Shown here one piece after another: positions 1 to 13,591 of a stretch of 64,000 nt of DNA. A program made the translations under genes and the position numbers. A model generated the notes under the pieces. That model did not search any database and was not told the DNA's origin. It saw nothing but the letters and a program-made list of their open reading frames with translations. Source of the DNA: the human T2T-CHM13v2.0 reference genome, Homo sapiens. The stretch lies in assembly GCF_009914755.1 (NCBI RefSeq), contig NC_060926.1; one strand, written 5' to 3'. Positions within the stretch are counted from its first letter, which is position 1. Each line of letters begins with the position of its first letter.

Positions 1-59
1 CCTTATAGATTCACAATTATTAATTTTTCCCGTCTTTATATTCAGATATATGAGAAATC

Positions 60-1950
60 TATTTTTGCCTATGTCAATGACATATTTAGCAGTTTAAAAA
101 AGCAGTATGAAAAAAGCAGAAAATATTCTGGAAAGAAAGACAAAACATAAACATAGAAGGCAAATCAGTGGTTGGAGGCAGAATATTGTGTGTGGAGAGG
201 GAGGTTTTTCACAAATGGGAGCATGAGGAAACTTTTGGGATGATGAAATGTTCTTTATGTCAACTGTGTGTGGTAGGAGACAGAGTACTCTATGAATTGC
301 CTAAACCCACAAAACTGTACCCGATAGAGATGGAATTTTACAGTCTGTAAATTTTACAAAGTAAATAACCAGAATGAAGGAAAAATTCAAAATGGAATAC
401 GAACTATAACAAATAAATCTACTACTTATAATTAATATAACCACATTGAAGGCATTGGGAAAAGAAAAATTAACCTAAATAAATTTGGGGAATGATATTT
501 TGCTATTACATCATAAGGCAAAAGACAAAAGGACTATACACAATTACTGTAGTCTAGTCAGTATTTTTTTTTTTACCCACGGGTAAACTCACAGGTTTGC
601 AAATCTGAAACTACTTTCAGAAAATACTATGGTTGAATACTATCCACTATTGTGGATAATGAGGGCAGTTTTTTCACTGTCATAGATTGAGGTTACATAA
701 GAAGACTAGAAGGAATCCTATGGTGTGGACTAAAATTGAGGAATTAGCATGAGCACACAGCTTTTCAAAATATATACAGTTGACCCTCCACATCCATGAA
801 TTCCACATCTATGGATTCAACCAATCATAGATGGAAAATATTCAGGAAAAAATGTACTGAACATATACAGACTTTCAAATTGTCATTATTTCCTACACAA
901 GAAACCAGAGCTCATTGGAAGAGTCATTGATTCAAGGGATGGAACAGACAAAAGCAAAATGTGGAAAATTTTGTGATCCCAGAATATAAGGAGGTTTGGA
1001 AGGCAGGATGTAGGGAAGGAAGACTGAATTACATAGGAACCACGCTGAAAGAGCTCTCCCTGACCAAAGCTGAAACAATTTGAATAATAAAATAAATGAC
1101 CATATTACTGGAATAAAACCCAAAGAGTAAATAGCTTTTATACTGACATAATTAATTGTAACAAATAAATAAAGACAAGAGAAGAGACAGCTCTTCATTA
1201 AAGAGGAATTTCAATATGTAACCATTAAAGGAATATAGAAAATAATAATTCCAGTTTGAATACCGAAGTAATAATTTTCCCATTCAAGGTTCACTGGTGG
1301 TTTTTAAAATTAGTTAGTGTAAGTTTGAGGCAAAACAAGATATTTGCATAGTCTCAAAATATCTTTCTCAAAATGTGCCTTAATGGCACAGGGAAAAATA
1401 GTAACTATAGAATTAAAAAAAAAAACAAACCATCAGGTACAACCTAAACCAAGTGATCAAGGTTAACATCACCAGTAATACCATATTTTGATATCATGTA
1501 TCTACTGATTTGACACACTGAAGGGTACAGGGATCTTAAGATGTTATATTTTTGAGAAAAAAATCATTACCTTAAGGGAATCATAAAGAAACACAAATCA
1601 AGGGACATTCTACCAAGTGATTGATCAGTACTCATCCAAGTGTCGAGATCATAAAAATAAGTGGAGACTGAGGAACTATTACAACTTGGGAAAGACTAAG
1701 AAGACATGACAACTATATGCAATTTGAGGCTCCAGATTCAATCTTGTAACAGGAAAATAATAATAGCAGAAAAATTGGTAATATCCAAAAAGGGTCTGAG
1801 GTTTAGTTAATAGTAGACTATAAATATTAAATGCTTAATTTTAATAATTGAACTATGGTTATGTATGATGTTAACATTAGAAGAAGCAGGGTGGAGATAT
1901 GTAAGAAAACTATGCATTAAGATTATTTCAACAATAAAAAGCTTTTAAAA
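60..1950 (+). mobile_element. Old L1 3' end (L1MD/L1MC-type), interrupted by a MER2 fragment
   Basis: Typical L1M 3'UTR phrases: 'aaatcagtggttgg...gaggaaacttttgggatgatgaaatgttc', 'aaccagagctcattggaag', 'aaccaagtgatcaaggttaacatcaccagtaat'. Boundaries approximate. Confidence 0.75.
776..900 (-). mobile_element. MER2 fragment (TcMar-Tigger DNA transposon end)
   Basis: TA followed by 'cagttgaccctccacatccatgaattccacatctatggattcaaccaa...tgtactgaacatatacagac', matching the reverse complement of the MER2 terminus. Confidence 0.8.
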
Positions 1951-2599
1951 TGAAGAAGTGCTTTCTGAGTCAGAGATTCTCTATGTACATGGCTAAACCC
2001 AGCATCAGAGTTTATACTTTTCTCAACAGGTTAGTGGAGGTTTTAAGAAATCACACACAAATTATCGTCATCCTTATATCCCTTAATCCCTATTTTTTTC
2101 CTAAAGTAGTGCCCAGAAAGTATTTTTCGTTGGGCACATCAACCATATTCAAGAAATTATAGCCAGTAGTTCAGTTTAATGCTCCCAAACCGGAAATAAA
2201 AAATGGGTCAGAGACTGTCACTGGCTTCCTCTGCCTCACTCTCATTGCCTGTCTACATTCCTCTGATAATTTCTTACAACTTCTTTTCTGGTCTTCAAAA
2301 ATGTATTTCTAAATCTCTTTTGTGAATGCAAGGATGAGAATATACCCAGTAAGAAAGGTTTAGTCCATGAATTGATAGAATAATAAGAAATCTGAGGAAA
2401 GTATTACAAGAGCCATAGAGTCATGCTGAATCCCAGTGCATCTAAAGCTTAACAATCCAAGAAAGTATAGAAAACTCCAACTAGTGTCTCAGTCTTGTTC
2501 AGAAAATAGAATAGGTGTATGGGCTTGAGAGTTCTGGTGTTGTAATAACCTAAAACGCATCCTTCCATCCCATTGTTCAAGTATTCATACCTCTTACCT

Positions 2600-3210
2600 A
2601 AAGTGCTATCATTACTTCCTACCTGTTCTGCATTTTATTCAGCCTGTCTTCCCTGTAATCAGTTCACACACACATTGCAGTTGGCATGTTTCCAAATGCT
2701 TCAAATGCTTCTTGTTATTAAAATGAAAACAAAATTGTCTAACATACTCTATAAGCCTCTGCATAGTTTGGCCTCATTTTCCTCACCACACACAATCTCA
2801 CACCATTTGAGCTTCACTGTTCATCTTTCAGTCACTTGAATCTACCCTTCTTTCTCCCACCCTAGTCTTTAAATATATTTCTTCTACCTGGAATGCTCTT
2901 TCCTCTGTCTTAATACTTACTAATTTTTCATTCTTCAAATTTAGTTCCTTTATTCAGGGAAAACTTTCTTAACCTCCTTGATAAAACCAAATCTATGTGT
3001 AAGAAATTCTAAATACCACGAACCTCTATGTCAGTATGATTAAAACTCCTTTATGTTTACATTGCTTTGCCCCATCATCTGAATGATGTCCATTTTCTTT
3101 AAAAACCTCTGAGGGCTCTGAGGTCAAGGATCATGTGAGTTGTTGCTCTGTCACTGGCACAGCACCTGACACAGCACACATCATCAACTCACATGAAGGA
3201 ATGAATAATA
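2600..3210 (+). mobile_element. L2 3' fragment
   Basis: 'ctacctggaatgctctttcctc', 'ggcacagcacctgacacagc', ends in 'gaaggaatgaat'. Confidence 0.65.
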
Positions 3211-3559
3211 TCATTGAGGAGAAAGTGCCCATTGTTTCTTCTATGCTGCTCATCCCAATATGCATTTCCCTTTCACACTCCACTAGAAAAAGTAGAATTA
3301 GGTAAATTTGTCAGCCACCAATATGATTTCCCACTATTAAGAATATCCTCGAAACAATTCCTTTCCTAGGCAAGGAACGACCTCCTTACCAAATTCTGCT
3401 ATTGGCTAATAGGTACTAGTACTTTCTGTTGTAGACAGGGTAATAGATACCTTATCATAGGCCATTCATGTTTATACAAATCCTCTTTCTGTAATCACTT
3501 TCTTTAGACAGGATTGGAGGCATGGCATGCAGTTGGAGGTGTTATGGACCATCCATTAT

Positions 3560-3700
3560 ATCTGCAATAAAAGTTTTGCCTTTGACCTCAGTTAGCCAAC
3601 TGTGAGATCTTAGTAGGTCATGCCACTTCTCTGAGGTTTCATGGTCTCATCTTTTATAAGAAGTGGTTGGTCTACATAGTGTCACAGATCTTCACCAAAA
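3560..3700 (+). mobile_element. MIR fragment
   Basis: MIR core 'ctgtgagatcttagtaggtcatgccacttctctgaggtttcatggtctcatct'. Confidence 0.55.
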
Positions 3701-4039
3701 TATTCTGTGCCAGATGCTAATGAGCTGTAAGAAATTGTCAGTAAGTTGTTTGTCCCTCAAAACACTGTAATTAGACTGCTAAATCATTCACTGTAAAGCA
3801 CTTGGGGCTTTATAAAAAAAGAACTATTCTAGTAATGCAAAGTAGTTCTGAGGTTGTAAAGATTTTATTATTATTGTAAAAGTGAAAGCGCTGGTTTAGA
3901 GACTATTGGTATATATCCTAACATAAAAACAAAACTGAATTTTGAAATAAAATTATTTCAATAATATAAAATTTTATTACTTGTTTACTTATTATCCTAT
4001 CAAAAGTATCTCTCATTTGTTGATGGTTACAACATTATT

Positions 4040-4300
4040 CCATAACCACAAATATAGAGCCTACCATATACCAGTTATTATGATGGACACTAGGAATTCA
4101 CAAAGGAATGAGGCTTTTCCTCTGCACTCAGAGCTAACTTATAAGCTAATAAAGACAAATCAGCATATTATACATGCTGATTCAGGTAAGCATATAGTAT
4201 TATGAAAGCATGTAGGAGCAGAAAACAGCACAAGTTCAGAAGTTAGTAAAGTTCAACGAAGGCTTTTCACAAGAATTGATATCAAATTGCATTCTTAATA
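4040..4300 (-). mobile_element. L2 fragment
   Basis: 'atatagagcctaccatataccag...ttcctctgcactcagagctaac'. Confidence 0.5.
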
Positions 4301-5419
4301 ACAAGCCAGATTCTGATCCATAGTTTTTGTTTTCCAGATCCACTTTTATGTCTTCATCCATTTGGGGAAAAATTACATAGATATGAGAGAATTTTACATT
4401 CAGCTGACAATAATTACTATACAAATAATTCTAGAGTATAATCTATGTTCTCATTGATGTCACAAATAATGAGGACAGAGAGCTGAAATATAAAATGAAG
4501 AAACATAGAACATGTCACTAATGAAAAAGTTGATAACTAGAACACTAATTTCTGTATATATAAACCGTTGTGGGTACTAGAAGATTTCTATGATTATTTA
4601 GGGTATCTTAAGCCATGGTGAGTAAAACAAGAAAGAATTCTCAATGGATGCTCACCAGTCAATAATAGAAAGTGGAAGGTGTGTGTGCAAATGCTCCTCT
4701 TTGCCATAGTGAGATGATGCCGTGTTACATGACATAAGCAAGCTCCCATTAATTAATGACTCAGATATTTTTAATCCACAAAAGTGTGAAATGTCTCAAT
4801 ATTTCATTAGCCTTTGGGGTTGGTGGGAAAGAGATTAAGAAATAGGTAGAAAAGTTGATTTCCTTCTATACAGCATCTCAAAAGGCATGACATTATCATT
4901 CTCATGGATACAAGGGAAGAATTGATATCAATATTTAAACAACAGATATATGACTTCTTATTCTTATCTGAATGAAATCTGACTATGAGATATATACTTT
5001 ATTAAAGCAATTACTCAGATTTAACCATTGATAATTTGCCTAAAAATAATTTTCTTATGTTGGCTTTTTCCTTATATCATTTCTGCAAGTAATATTTTTA
5101 ACTCTCCTGCATAAAAATGCATGAAAAATATAAAATAAACTCAGAAATTAAAGAAGTAGTAATGATGTGCAAATGAATGTTACCTGTCACCCACCCCACC
5201 TTCTTCTGCTTAAGGAAGGGATTGCTACTCAGTTATGGCATTATTTATTGAACCCTGATACGGTCTAAATACTTTCAACATAAAAGTGTATCATCAATTG
5301 ATAATAATTGGTAAAAACGATCATTTTTTATTCTTGGTCAAGTTGGGGTTAAATGGCATATACTGGAGAAGAAAATTCCCCTTTGCATAGTGTTTTTCTA
5401 AATGGCTTCAATTAAATTA

Positions 5420-5750
5420 ACCATCAAACAAATACTTCACAGGAACCTTATAACAGTTCTGATACTAAGCTAAGCCCCAGGGATTACAGAACACTCAAGA
5501 GATATAAATCTAGTTTGAGACAGAAGATAACCTTCGTGGAATAATTAGAAAGAACTAAGTGCTATGTGGGGCACATATTACTAAACTTATATTCAGAAAG
5601 AGTAATCAGTTGGGCTAAATGGATCCAAAAAGACATCAGGAAAATGGTGGAGCTTCAATAAGCCATGTAAACAAGATAGGCTTCAGAAGATGTTCAAATG
5701 TGAAAAACGTGTGAACATGTTAAAACAAAGCCATATTACTAAAATACAGG
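5420..5750 (-). mobile_element. L2 fragment
   Basis: 'gatactaagctaagccccagggattacag...gacatcaggaaaatggtggagcttc'. Confidence 0.4.
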
Positions 5751-6392
5751 GCAACTCTAAGAAATCCTTTCACTCAAGAAGGGGCAAAAATTGGTCTTAA
5801 GAAGCTTCCTGTGATTTCTACTGCCAAGTAACATTGCATAAGGCTCATTTGCAGAACCAAAATGAAAGAAGGCTCAAAGATTTTTTATAGACATGTAAAT
5901 CAAATTTAAGATTAATATCTTTTAGGAAGAGCCTCCTAACAAGGCTGTAATGAATGTTTACAAAAAATGTAAAAAAATGCCTATTTATAAAAAGAACACT
6001 AGCTTTACGGCAATTTCTAAAAAGTGTGTTTGGAAAAATCCCAAAACCAAATTTATCAGACAGATTGCTTATATGCTAAGAGAATTTGTACAATAATGTT
6101 ATATAATACAGAATATGGCAAAGCTTTATTTTTATTTTTAGTTAGAGAACAGTAAAGAAAAACAAAAGCCCAATAACAAACACTAGATGAAACCAACAAC
6201 TTATTGAAAAAGACAAGTTTACCTATTCAGTGCCTTCAGTTTTCTATTTCTGAACACACTTATTACTCTGAATCCATAAATGGCAGGTGGAGAATAAAAG
6301 GAAAAAGAAGAAAATCTACTCTATGCCTGGCATTTTGTGTAACACTTTAAACGTACTTTCTTGTTTCATTGTAAGGTTAAAGATATATTTTG

Positions 6393-7105
6393 TGTCTTAG
6401 TCCATTTGTGTTGCTATAAAGGAATACCCAAAGCTGAGTAATTTATAAATAGAGGTTTATTTGGCTTATGGTTCTGCAGTCTATACAAGAAGCATGGCAC
6501 CAGCATTTCTTCTGGTGAGGGCCTCAGGCTGCTTCCACTCATGGCAGAAAGCGAAAAAGAGCTGGTGTATACAGAGTTCACATAGAGAGAAAAAGAAAAA
6601 GAGCTGCTAGGGAAGTACCAGAATCTTGGCAGGGTCTCACTCTATCCCCTAGGCTGGAGTCCAATGGTGTGTTCTCAGCTCACTGCAACCTCCACCTCCC
6701 AGGTTCAAGCAATTCCCCTGCCTCAGCCTCCTGAGTAGCTGGGACTACAGGAGTGGGTCACCAGGCCTGGCTAATTTTTAGTAGAGACGGGGTTTCACCA
6801 TGTTGGCCAGGCTGGTCTCGAACTGCTGACCTCAAGTGATCCACATGCCTCTGCCTCCCAAAGTGCTGGGATGACAGGTGTGAGCCACTGTGCCCAGCTG
6901 GAAGTACCAGACTCTTAACCAGCTTTTCAGAGATCTAATAGAGCAAGAAGAACTCACTCATTATCGCTAAGACAAGGACAGCACCTAGCCATTCATGACG
7001 GATCCACCCCCATGACTCAAGCATCTCCCATTGGGCTCCATTTCCAACCCTGGGAATCAAATTTCAACATGAGATTTGGAGGGGTCAAATATTCAAACCA
7101 TCGCA
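6393..7105 (-). mobile_element. MST-family MaLR solo LTR (MSTC/MSTB-like), split by an Alu
   Basis: Starts 'tgtcttagtccatttgtgttgctataaaggaatac', ends 'caaatttcaacatgagatttggaggggtcaaatattcaaaccatcgca'. Confidence 0.85.
6628..6899 (-). mobile_element. AluS (Sx/Sz-like), without poly(A) tail
   Basis: Alu dimer; TSD ggaagtaccaga[a/c]tctt at 6611-6627 and 6900-6916. Confidence 0.95.
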
Positions 7106-7469
7106 ATTCTACAGTAAGTGAAATTGAAATTTTACAATGTTAATTATGTAAAATCCACTTTTTTTTATTATATCCTAGGTGAGCTATCTGAAAATTTAAA
7201 TTTAGCACTTCACAAGGTTTGAATAGGATGAAATTCACAGGCAAAGCACCATCCCAGCTACTAACAAATGATAACTCCTACTTTGGCAGCCAGCACCAGC
7301 ATAATGATAATAGTTGGCAGGGAGATACTGCAAAGAGAAGACAGAAAAGGGGTCACAAACAAGTAGCAGCTTAGAAAAAATGAAAAGTTTGTTAAACATG
7401 CACCAATAAACTTTGGAAGGTTATATAATATTCCTGAAAAGTAGAAGTCTGTGGCATTAACCATTCCTA

Positions 7470-7685
7470 ACATTTCAGGCTAGCTTTGCCATATACTAGT
7501 TGTTTTCATTGGGCAAGGTAATTAACCTCTGTCAATCTTAATGTTCTTATTCATAAAACACATAAAATAAAAATAAGTATCAGCAACCTCAGAGGGTTAG
7601 TATGAGAATTAAAGGAGATAACTCTTATAAAGCTACCAGCATAGTGTTTAATATGTAAGCACCTCTTAATAAACATTAGTTATCC
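7470..7685 (+). mobile_element. MIR
   Basis: 'ttgggcaaggtaattaacctctg...acctcagagggttagtatgagaattaaaggagataac'. Confidence 0.75.
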
Positions 7686-7739
7686 CTCCTTCTTGTTACA
7701 TGGTGTAAGGAAGTTAAAGTAGTGTAACAGAAATATTTT

Positions 7740-7925
7740 TTAAAGATTAGATACCTGAATTCTTTTCCACGTTTAATCACTGATTTGCTGTGTATCATGT
7801 TTTGTGCTGTACAAAATGGGAATTGTAGTATTCCCCTTCTATATCTCAGGGGGTCATTATGGAGATTAAAATTGGAAAGCATCCAGTAGATAAGTGCTTT
7901 GAAAGTATAAAGAGCTACACTGATA
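7740..7925 (+). mobile_element. MIR/MIR3 fragment
   Basis: 'aaaatgggaattgtagtattcc...tctcaggggtcattatggagattaaa...gtgctttgaaag'. Confidence 0.55.
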
Positions 7926-10206
7926 TATAGGGCTATAACAATGTAAAGTTTGAGGATCATTTTCACTTTATGGTTTTGGCAGATTAATTTTAACAAATAT
8001 AAAACAATTGCGATTTTCATTCACTCTTTCTGTTCCCTTATCTGTAGGAGCTCTTCCACAATTATACAGTTGGAATCACTCATTCGATTTTGTGGCCAGT
8101 ACAAACTTCTTAAATTAAAAAAGTATAAATAAAGGAAATAATTTGTTTCAAAGGCATTGGATTTGTTTTTTGTAATATGTTATCAATAATGACCAAAGTC
8201 CATGTGCCCAAACAGATCACCAAACTCTGATCCCATCTGGTGATCAGCATGTAGTCCAGCAAAACCACTAGTCATTTGATACATTCATGGTCTTGTCTCC
8301 CTTTTGCACCCATGATAGACATAAGTAGTTCATTACAGTATTCCTACAGAGTGTAAATGCAGCCTCAAGAGGCCTCTTATGATGCACTCGTGGCAGCAAC
8401 TCCTCAGCAACTTCAATATGCACAGAACTTTTAACTTTATTTTCTAGAACACAGCTAATGCCTTTGGAGGTCTTGATAGAATCTTAAGCAAGGAGTTTCA
8501 GGAGAGAAGCCCTCAAATATTAAACATAAAATAAACAATTAGCACTTGCCCCCTCTTTCCTAATTAATATTACCAAGCCAATTATATACTCTGTATCATC
8601 CCCTTTGGAAAGAATGTTCAGGGAGAAATACCTGATTACTAATGTGAAAGGAGTTTTGCCTAAATGATGTTGTTCCTGGAGAGGGGACAAATAGGTTACA
8701 CTTGGTATCATTAGAAATGAAACTGACAATGAAATATTGTAAAAGTCTGACATCATCAGTATTCCCTTCTTTCAAACAAAAAATCTCAGGAATGTCCTTG
8801 TCATTTCAGTTCAGCGTGAAATGCTTTTACAGGATATTATCTGTTTCTGAATATTACCTTTCTAGCTCCTTAGTGGTGTACAGAAAGCTCAATGTGCCTT
8901 GAAATAGACTTTGCACAGACAATATTTTGGTGAAAAGGGGAAACATTGGGCATATATGCCATAGGCATTTATTGGATGCAAATACCTCAAAAAAAAACTA
9001 TACCAAGTGCAATCATATACAAGCATGAAAGAGGGACATAAACAGGCCTTCTGGGTAAATGAGTGAGCAGAAAAGCTGGGTCCAGACGAAGGAGAGCAAG
9101 GGAAACTTTGGGGTTAGAACATAAAGAGGATCTCAAGCATGATATAAGTGGTGAATGGGTGAAAGTATCATAGCACCCAGTTTGAGATTTTGTCCATGGC
9201 TGGCATGGTCCAAATTTATAATTTCTCTGAAAATTTTTTCCAAAGAATATGATAGCTATTGAAATTAATAACTATGTAACAGATTTTAATCAGAGCCAAA
9301 TAAATTACACAAGGATTATTCACATCTGCCACAGGTTAGTTTTAGATGGTATTTGGAAAAAAAAATGATACCATATGTAGTCTGGTTTTATTCTTCCTTC
9401 TGTAATTAACCAGTGCTAATATGGAATAAAAACATGATGCTTGTAGGAATCTCTAATGAACCTGCAATTAATCAGCAAAGGATATCACAAAAGTTATCAA
9501 AACAAGAACTAAATATATTAGGTGGAAATAAAATTAAACATTAGGGTTTCATGTAAATGAAATCACCATCAAGCTAGTCCAAATAATTGCTTTACTAATA
9601 ACTCTTGTTTCCTCCACAGAAGTCAGATTTGTTATCCCTTGCAACTACCATTACAGTAAAAAGGGGTCTGTAAGCAATAATAATATCTTATATTTTATTT
9701 TCTGCAAAGCTGATGAAATTTATCAATATCAAATATAGAAACACTTTCCTGGCCATCAAAGTGGGAAAGAGGTTCGGAAGTTTATTTGTGTTTATGTGAA
9801 TATATGTGTATATATGCAACTCATAAGTATTTTGCCATGTAAGCTTACAGTTAAAGAATTACTTCCTTCTGACACATCTTTCATCTTTAGGATTTCCAAA
9901 CCAAGAAGAAGTCTGGTTTCTGTTTATATATGCAAGAATATAACTAGGCAGAAATATTCAATAAGAAAATAACTCAGTAAATGTTCTAAGAAATGATAAG
10001 ATACAGGAAAAACTACATAACATAATATTAGAAGACTATTTCTTTAGAAGCCTCAAATAGCCAGACCATTTAAATTTTTAGGTTTGAAATGGAAAAAGCA
10101 TGCAGACAAAATTATTAGTAGGAAAGAATAAATTTATGTCTCTTATTTTTTTCTGATACTTTATTCATAGGACCAGCAATGCTAGAATTTAAAGGTGATT
10201 TAATCT

Positions 10207-10443
10207 GGCCGGGGGTTGTGGCTCACACCTGTAATCCCAGCACTTTGGGAGGCCAAGGCAGGCAGATCATGAGGTCAAGAGATCGAGACCATCCTGGCCA
10301 ACATGGTGAAACTCCGCCTCTACTAAAAATACAAAAATTAGCTGGGTGTGGTGGCACATGCCTGTAGTCACAGCTACTCAGGAGGCTGAGGCAGGAGAAT
10401 CAGGCAACAGAGCAAGATTCCATCTCAAAAAAAAAAAAAAAAA
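10207..10443 (+). mobile_element. AluSc with an internal deletion in the right arm
   Basis: Sc diagnostic 'gaggtcaagagatcgagaccatcctggccaacatgg'; TSD aaaggtgatttaatc; 'ggagaatc' joined directly to 'aggcaacagagc'. Confidence 0.95.
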
Positions 10444-12726
10444 GGTGATTTAATCCATATATCCTGTTAAGTTAATCTTAAACCTTGGCTTTCTCACAGA
10501 AACTGTGTAGGTGATATGTGTCACAGCTAAGCTCTGGCACACTAATTAATTAAATTGTCATCCTGAGCTTTACCCACAAGCCCATCTTTTCACACATTGC
10601 TTCAGGACATAAATCTTTAGAGAACTCTGAACACATATTTTTATTTTGTGTATAGTAACATACTTCTTCATCTTCCAGCTCTGAAGACAGAGGGGAAAAA
10701 TTAAAAATATATTGCTGTATCCCCAGAATGATAGTTTCAGTTTGATGTCACATCCCCTTTGATTATAAGAAAAGATTTTTACAAGTAGTTTTTATAGTCA
10801 CAGCAATATTTGCCAAACCTCTTACCATCTGTGCCTCTCGAGGAAAATTTAGAAATGTAAGGCTGGTTAAATATTAGAAAATATATTAATGAAATTCAGC
10901 ACATAAGGTAGATTAATGTGGAGAATTATGTGATTGCCAAAATTAATGCAGGAAGAAAACACATGCAAAATCCAACGTCGGTTGAATGTTCAACATTCAA
11001 CATCCAGTTTTATATTTCATGGTCATTTACTATATGCTAGTTAATCTTTCAAGTGCTGAAAAAATACCAATGAGCAAAATAGACAATTAAAAATTTCTAC
11101 CTTCTGGAGCTTACATTCTCAATTAAAAATAAAAATAAGCAAACAAAATAAACCCTATTAGCAACCTATAAAGAAGAAAGAAGTTTCTATACTACCTAAA
11201 GGATATTTACTAAGAACTACTAAAAGCCCAATAATTAGTTTGAATGCTGAAAATATTTTCTTTAAAAACAGAAAAAAGATAATGAAGTCCACTAACACTA
11301 TTTCTATTTCACACTATACAGAATCTCCAAATCAGTCCAATAAGGCAAGAATAAAAAACAAAGCTATAAAAAAACAGAGAAAGAAAAAAAATCTGTCAGT
11401 ATCCTCAGATGATATGTATGTAGAAAATTCAAAAGAAACCATTTACCACAACTAAAATTAGAATTTTATGGGGACAAAAGCAATAAACAAAACTCAATTA
11501 CATTTCTATACATCAATTATAAACATTTAGAAAATAAAATTCAAAGAGACTATTTTAATTGCATTAAAAATGCAAAGTAACTGTGAATAAATCTAAATAT
11601 GTACAAGATCTTATAGACTATCATAATTTGTATTAAAATATACAATGGAAGATTTATATTGATAAATATATATGTATTTATGTGTAGTGTTTAAGTAATT
11701 AAAGTTTTACTAGTCTAAACATTTCTTTCCTTCTAAATGAAAACATTTAATGCCATTTGAATGTGAATCTCAATATGTTTTTGGGTGGATAGGTAAGGAG
11801 ACTTGGCAAGATGTATCTAAAATTTGTATAGAAGAGAAAGAAACAGATCAGCTAACACACTGTTGGAGAATCAAGACCAGATAGGAAAATTTGCTAATTA
11901 TTATTATAATTTATGGTTATTAATTTTGTTATTAGCATAGGAATAGACAAATAGATCAAGGTAACAAAAGGGAGCTCAATAAAAAACACACATATATATG
12001 GAAAGTTGAATTTGATAGGCTTGATATTTCAGATCCCCTAAGAAACAAATGACTTGGGTAACTGGTTATCTATACAGATATGTAGGTAGACAGATAGCTA
12101 TAGATGAATAGATATTGTCATGGATATGTACAATTTAATTAAGAAGTCAGTTTTGGAATTCATATTTATATCACAACAGGATTCTTAATGAGACATTGGT
12201 AATAAATCATAAAGTAAAATATTGATGAATGATAAATTTGGTTTATTTAATATAAAGAATTTATAATCATGAAATGACACCAAATGAAATGGATGAAAAT
12301 AAAATTTAAAATGAAAATACAGGCCACAAACCAGGGACAATAGTTGCAACACATATTATTGACCATTCGTTAGCACCCAGAAAACATAGAGAATTCTGAG
12401 GAATTATTTAGAACAAAAATACAGGAAAATGGACAAAATAAACAAGCAGAAATGTAAAATGTTGAGAAGAATGCTAAGCTCCCATGACAGATAATGAGTA
12501 TTAGTAGAAATTAAAAATGTTTTAAAAATTCAGCCAATAGAGAAAGGCTATTGCAGTATTTAGTAATGTTATTTGCATGCTTAAAATTGTCCTAACCATC
12601 CTACTTCATCAGAAATGCTCTAGATGAACTTGAACACATGCAGTAGGAGACATGTAAAAGACTCATTATGGCAGCATTTTCACACAAACAAAAAAACTGA
12701 AAATTAAACAAATGAATAAATGCAAT

Positions 12727-13341
12727 TGTTAACCAGATACAATCTCTTGCGTGTGAGTTGTCCAGGTGCCTGGCATGTTGAACAAAGAATTGAACAAAAC
12801 ACACAAACAAAGCAAAAAAAGAATGAGACAGTGAAAGCAGAGGTTTACTGAAGTGAGAATACACTCCACAGGGTGCAAGCAGTGGAACAAGTGGCTCAAG
12901 AGCCCTGGTTGCAAAATTTTCTGTTGTTTAAGTACCTTTTAGAGGTTTCCTATTGGTTATCCTCCTATGTGAATGAAGATTTGGCCTGTGGCCAATTAGA
13001 GGCCAAAGTGGATTGGCCCCTGGCCAACCAGAGGTTGGAGTGAGTCCACTGGCCTTATGAAGATGAAGGAACAGCCTGCTTGGCCCACGGCAAACCAAAG
13101 GCTGGAGTGTATTGGCACCTTACACAAATGAAGGAGTGGCCCACCTTGGCCCATGGCCAATCAGAGGAACTTTACATTTTTCATTTGTGAGGCAGTGGAA
13201 GGTGGGGATTGTAGGAGTAGTAGCCTCTCATCCTTTGTTACTTGGGTGTGGAAAGGTGGGATTTTCCTTTTGATCAGTCCTAGGAAGTCAGCATGAATTG
13301 GCCTTAGGTTCCCCACCTCCAGAGCTTATTCTCCTGCCTCA
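12727..13341 (-). mobile_element. MER51-family ERV1 solo LTR
   Basis: Minus strand starts TGAGGCAGGAGAATAAGCTCTGGAGGTGGGGAACCTAAGGCC; TG...CA ends; 4-bp TSD caat at 12723-12726 and 13342-13345. Confidence 0.9.
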
Positions 13342-13591
13342 CAATGGACGAGTAAATTATGATGCATTCAGACAATAGAATATGATAAAGCAGTAAAAAT
13401 GAATAAACTGTAGCTACATTTATTGATATGGACAGATCCCAAATTTAATATGGATTTTGAATATTATACTAAAACTAATTAATGAATGTTTCATTAATTT
13501 GGATTTCAAATTAATTGGAATTTATGTATTATTTAGAGATACATCAATTAAGTTTAAAGAGTAGTAAAATAACAAAAATTCAGGTCAGTGG

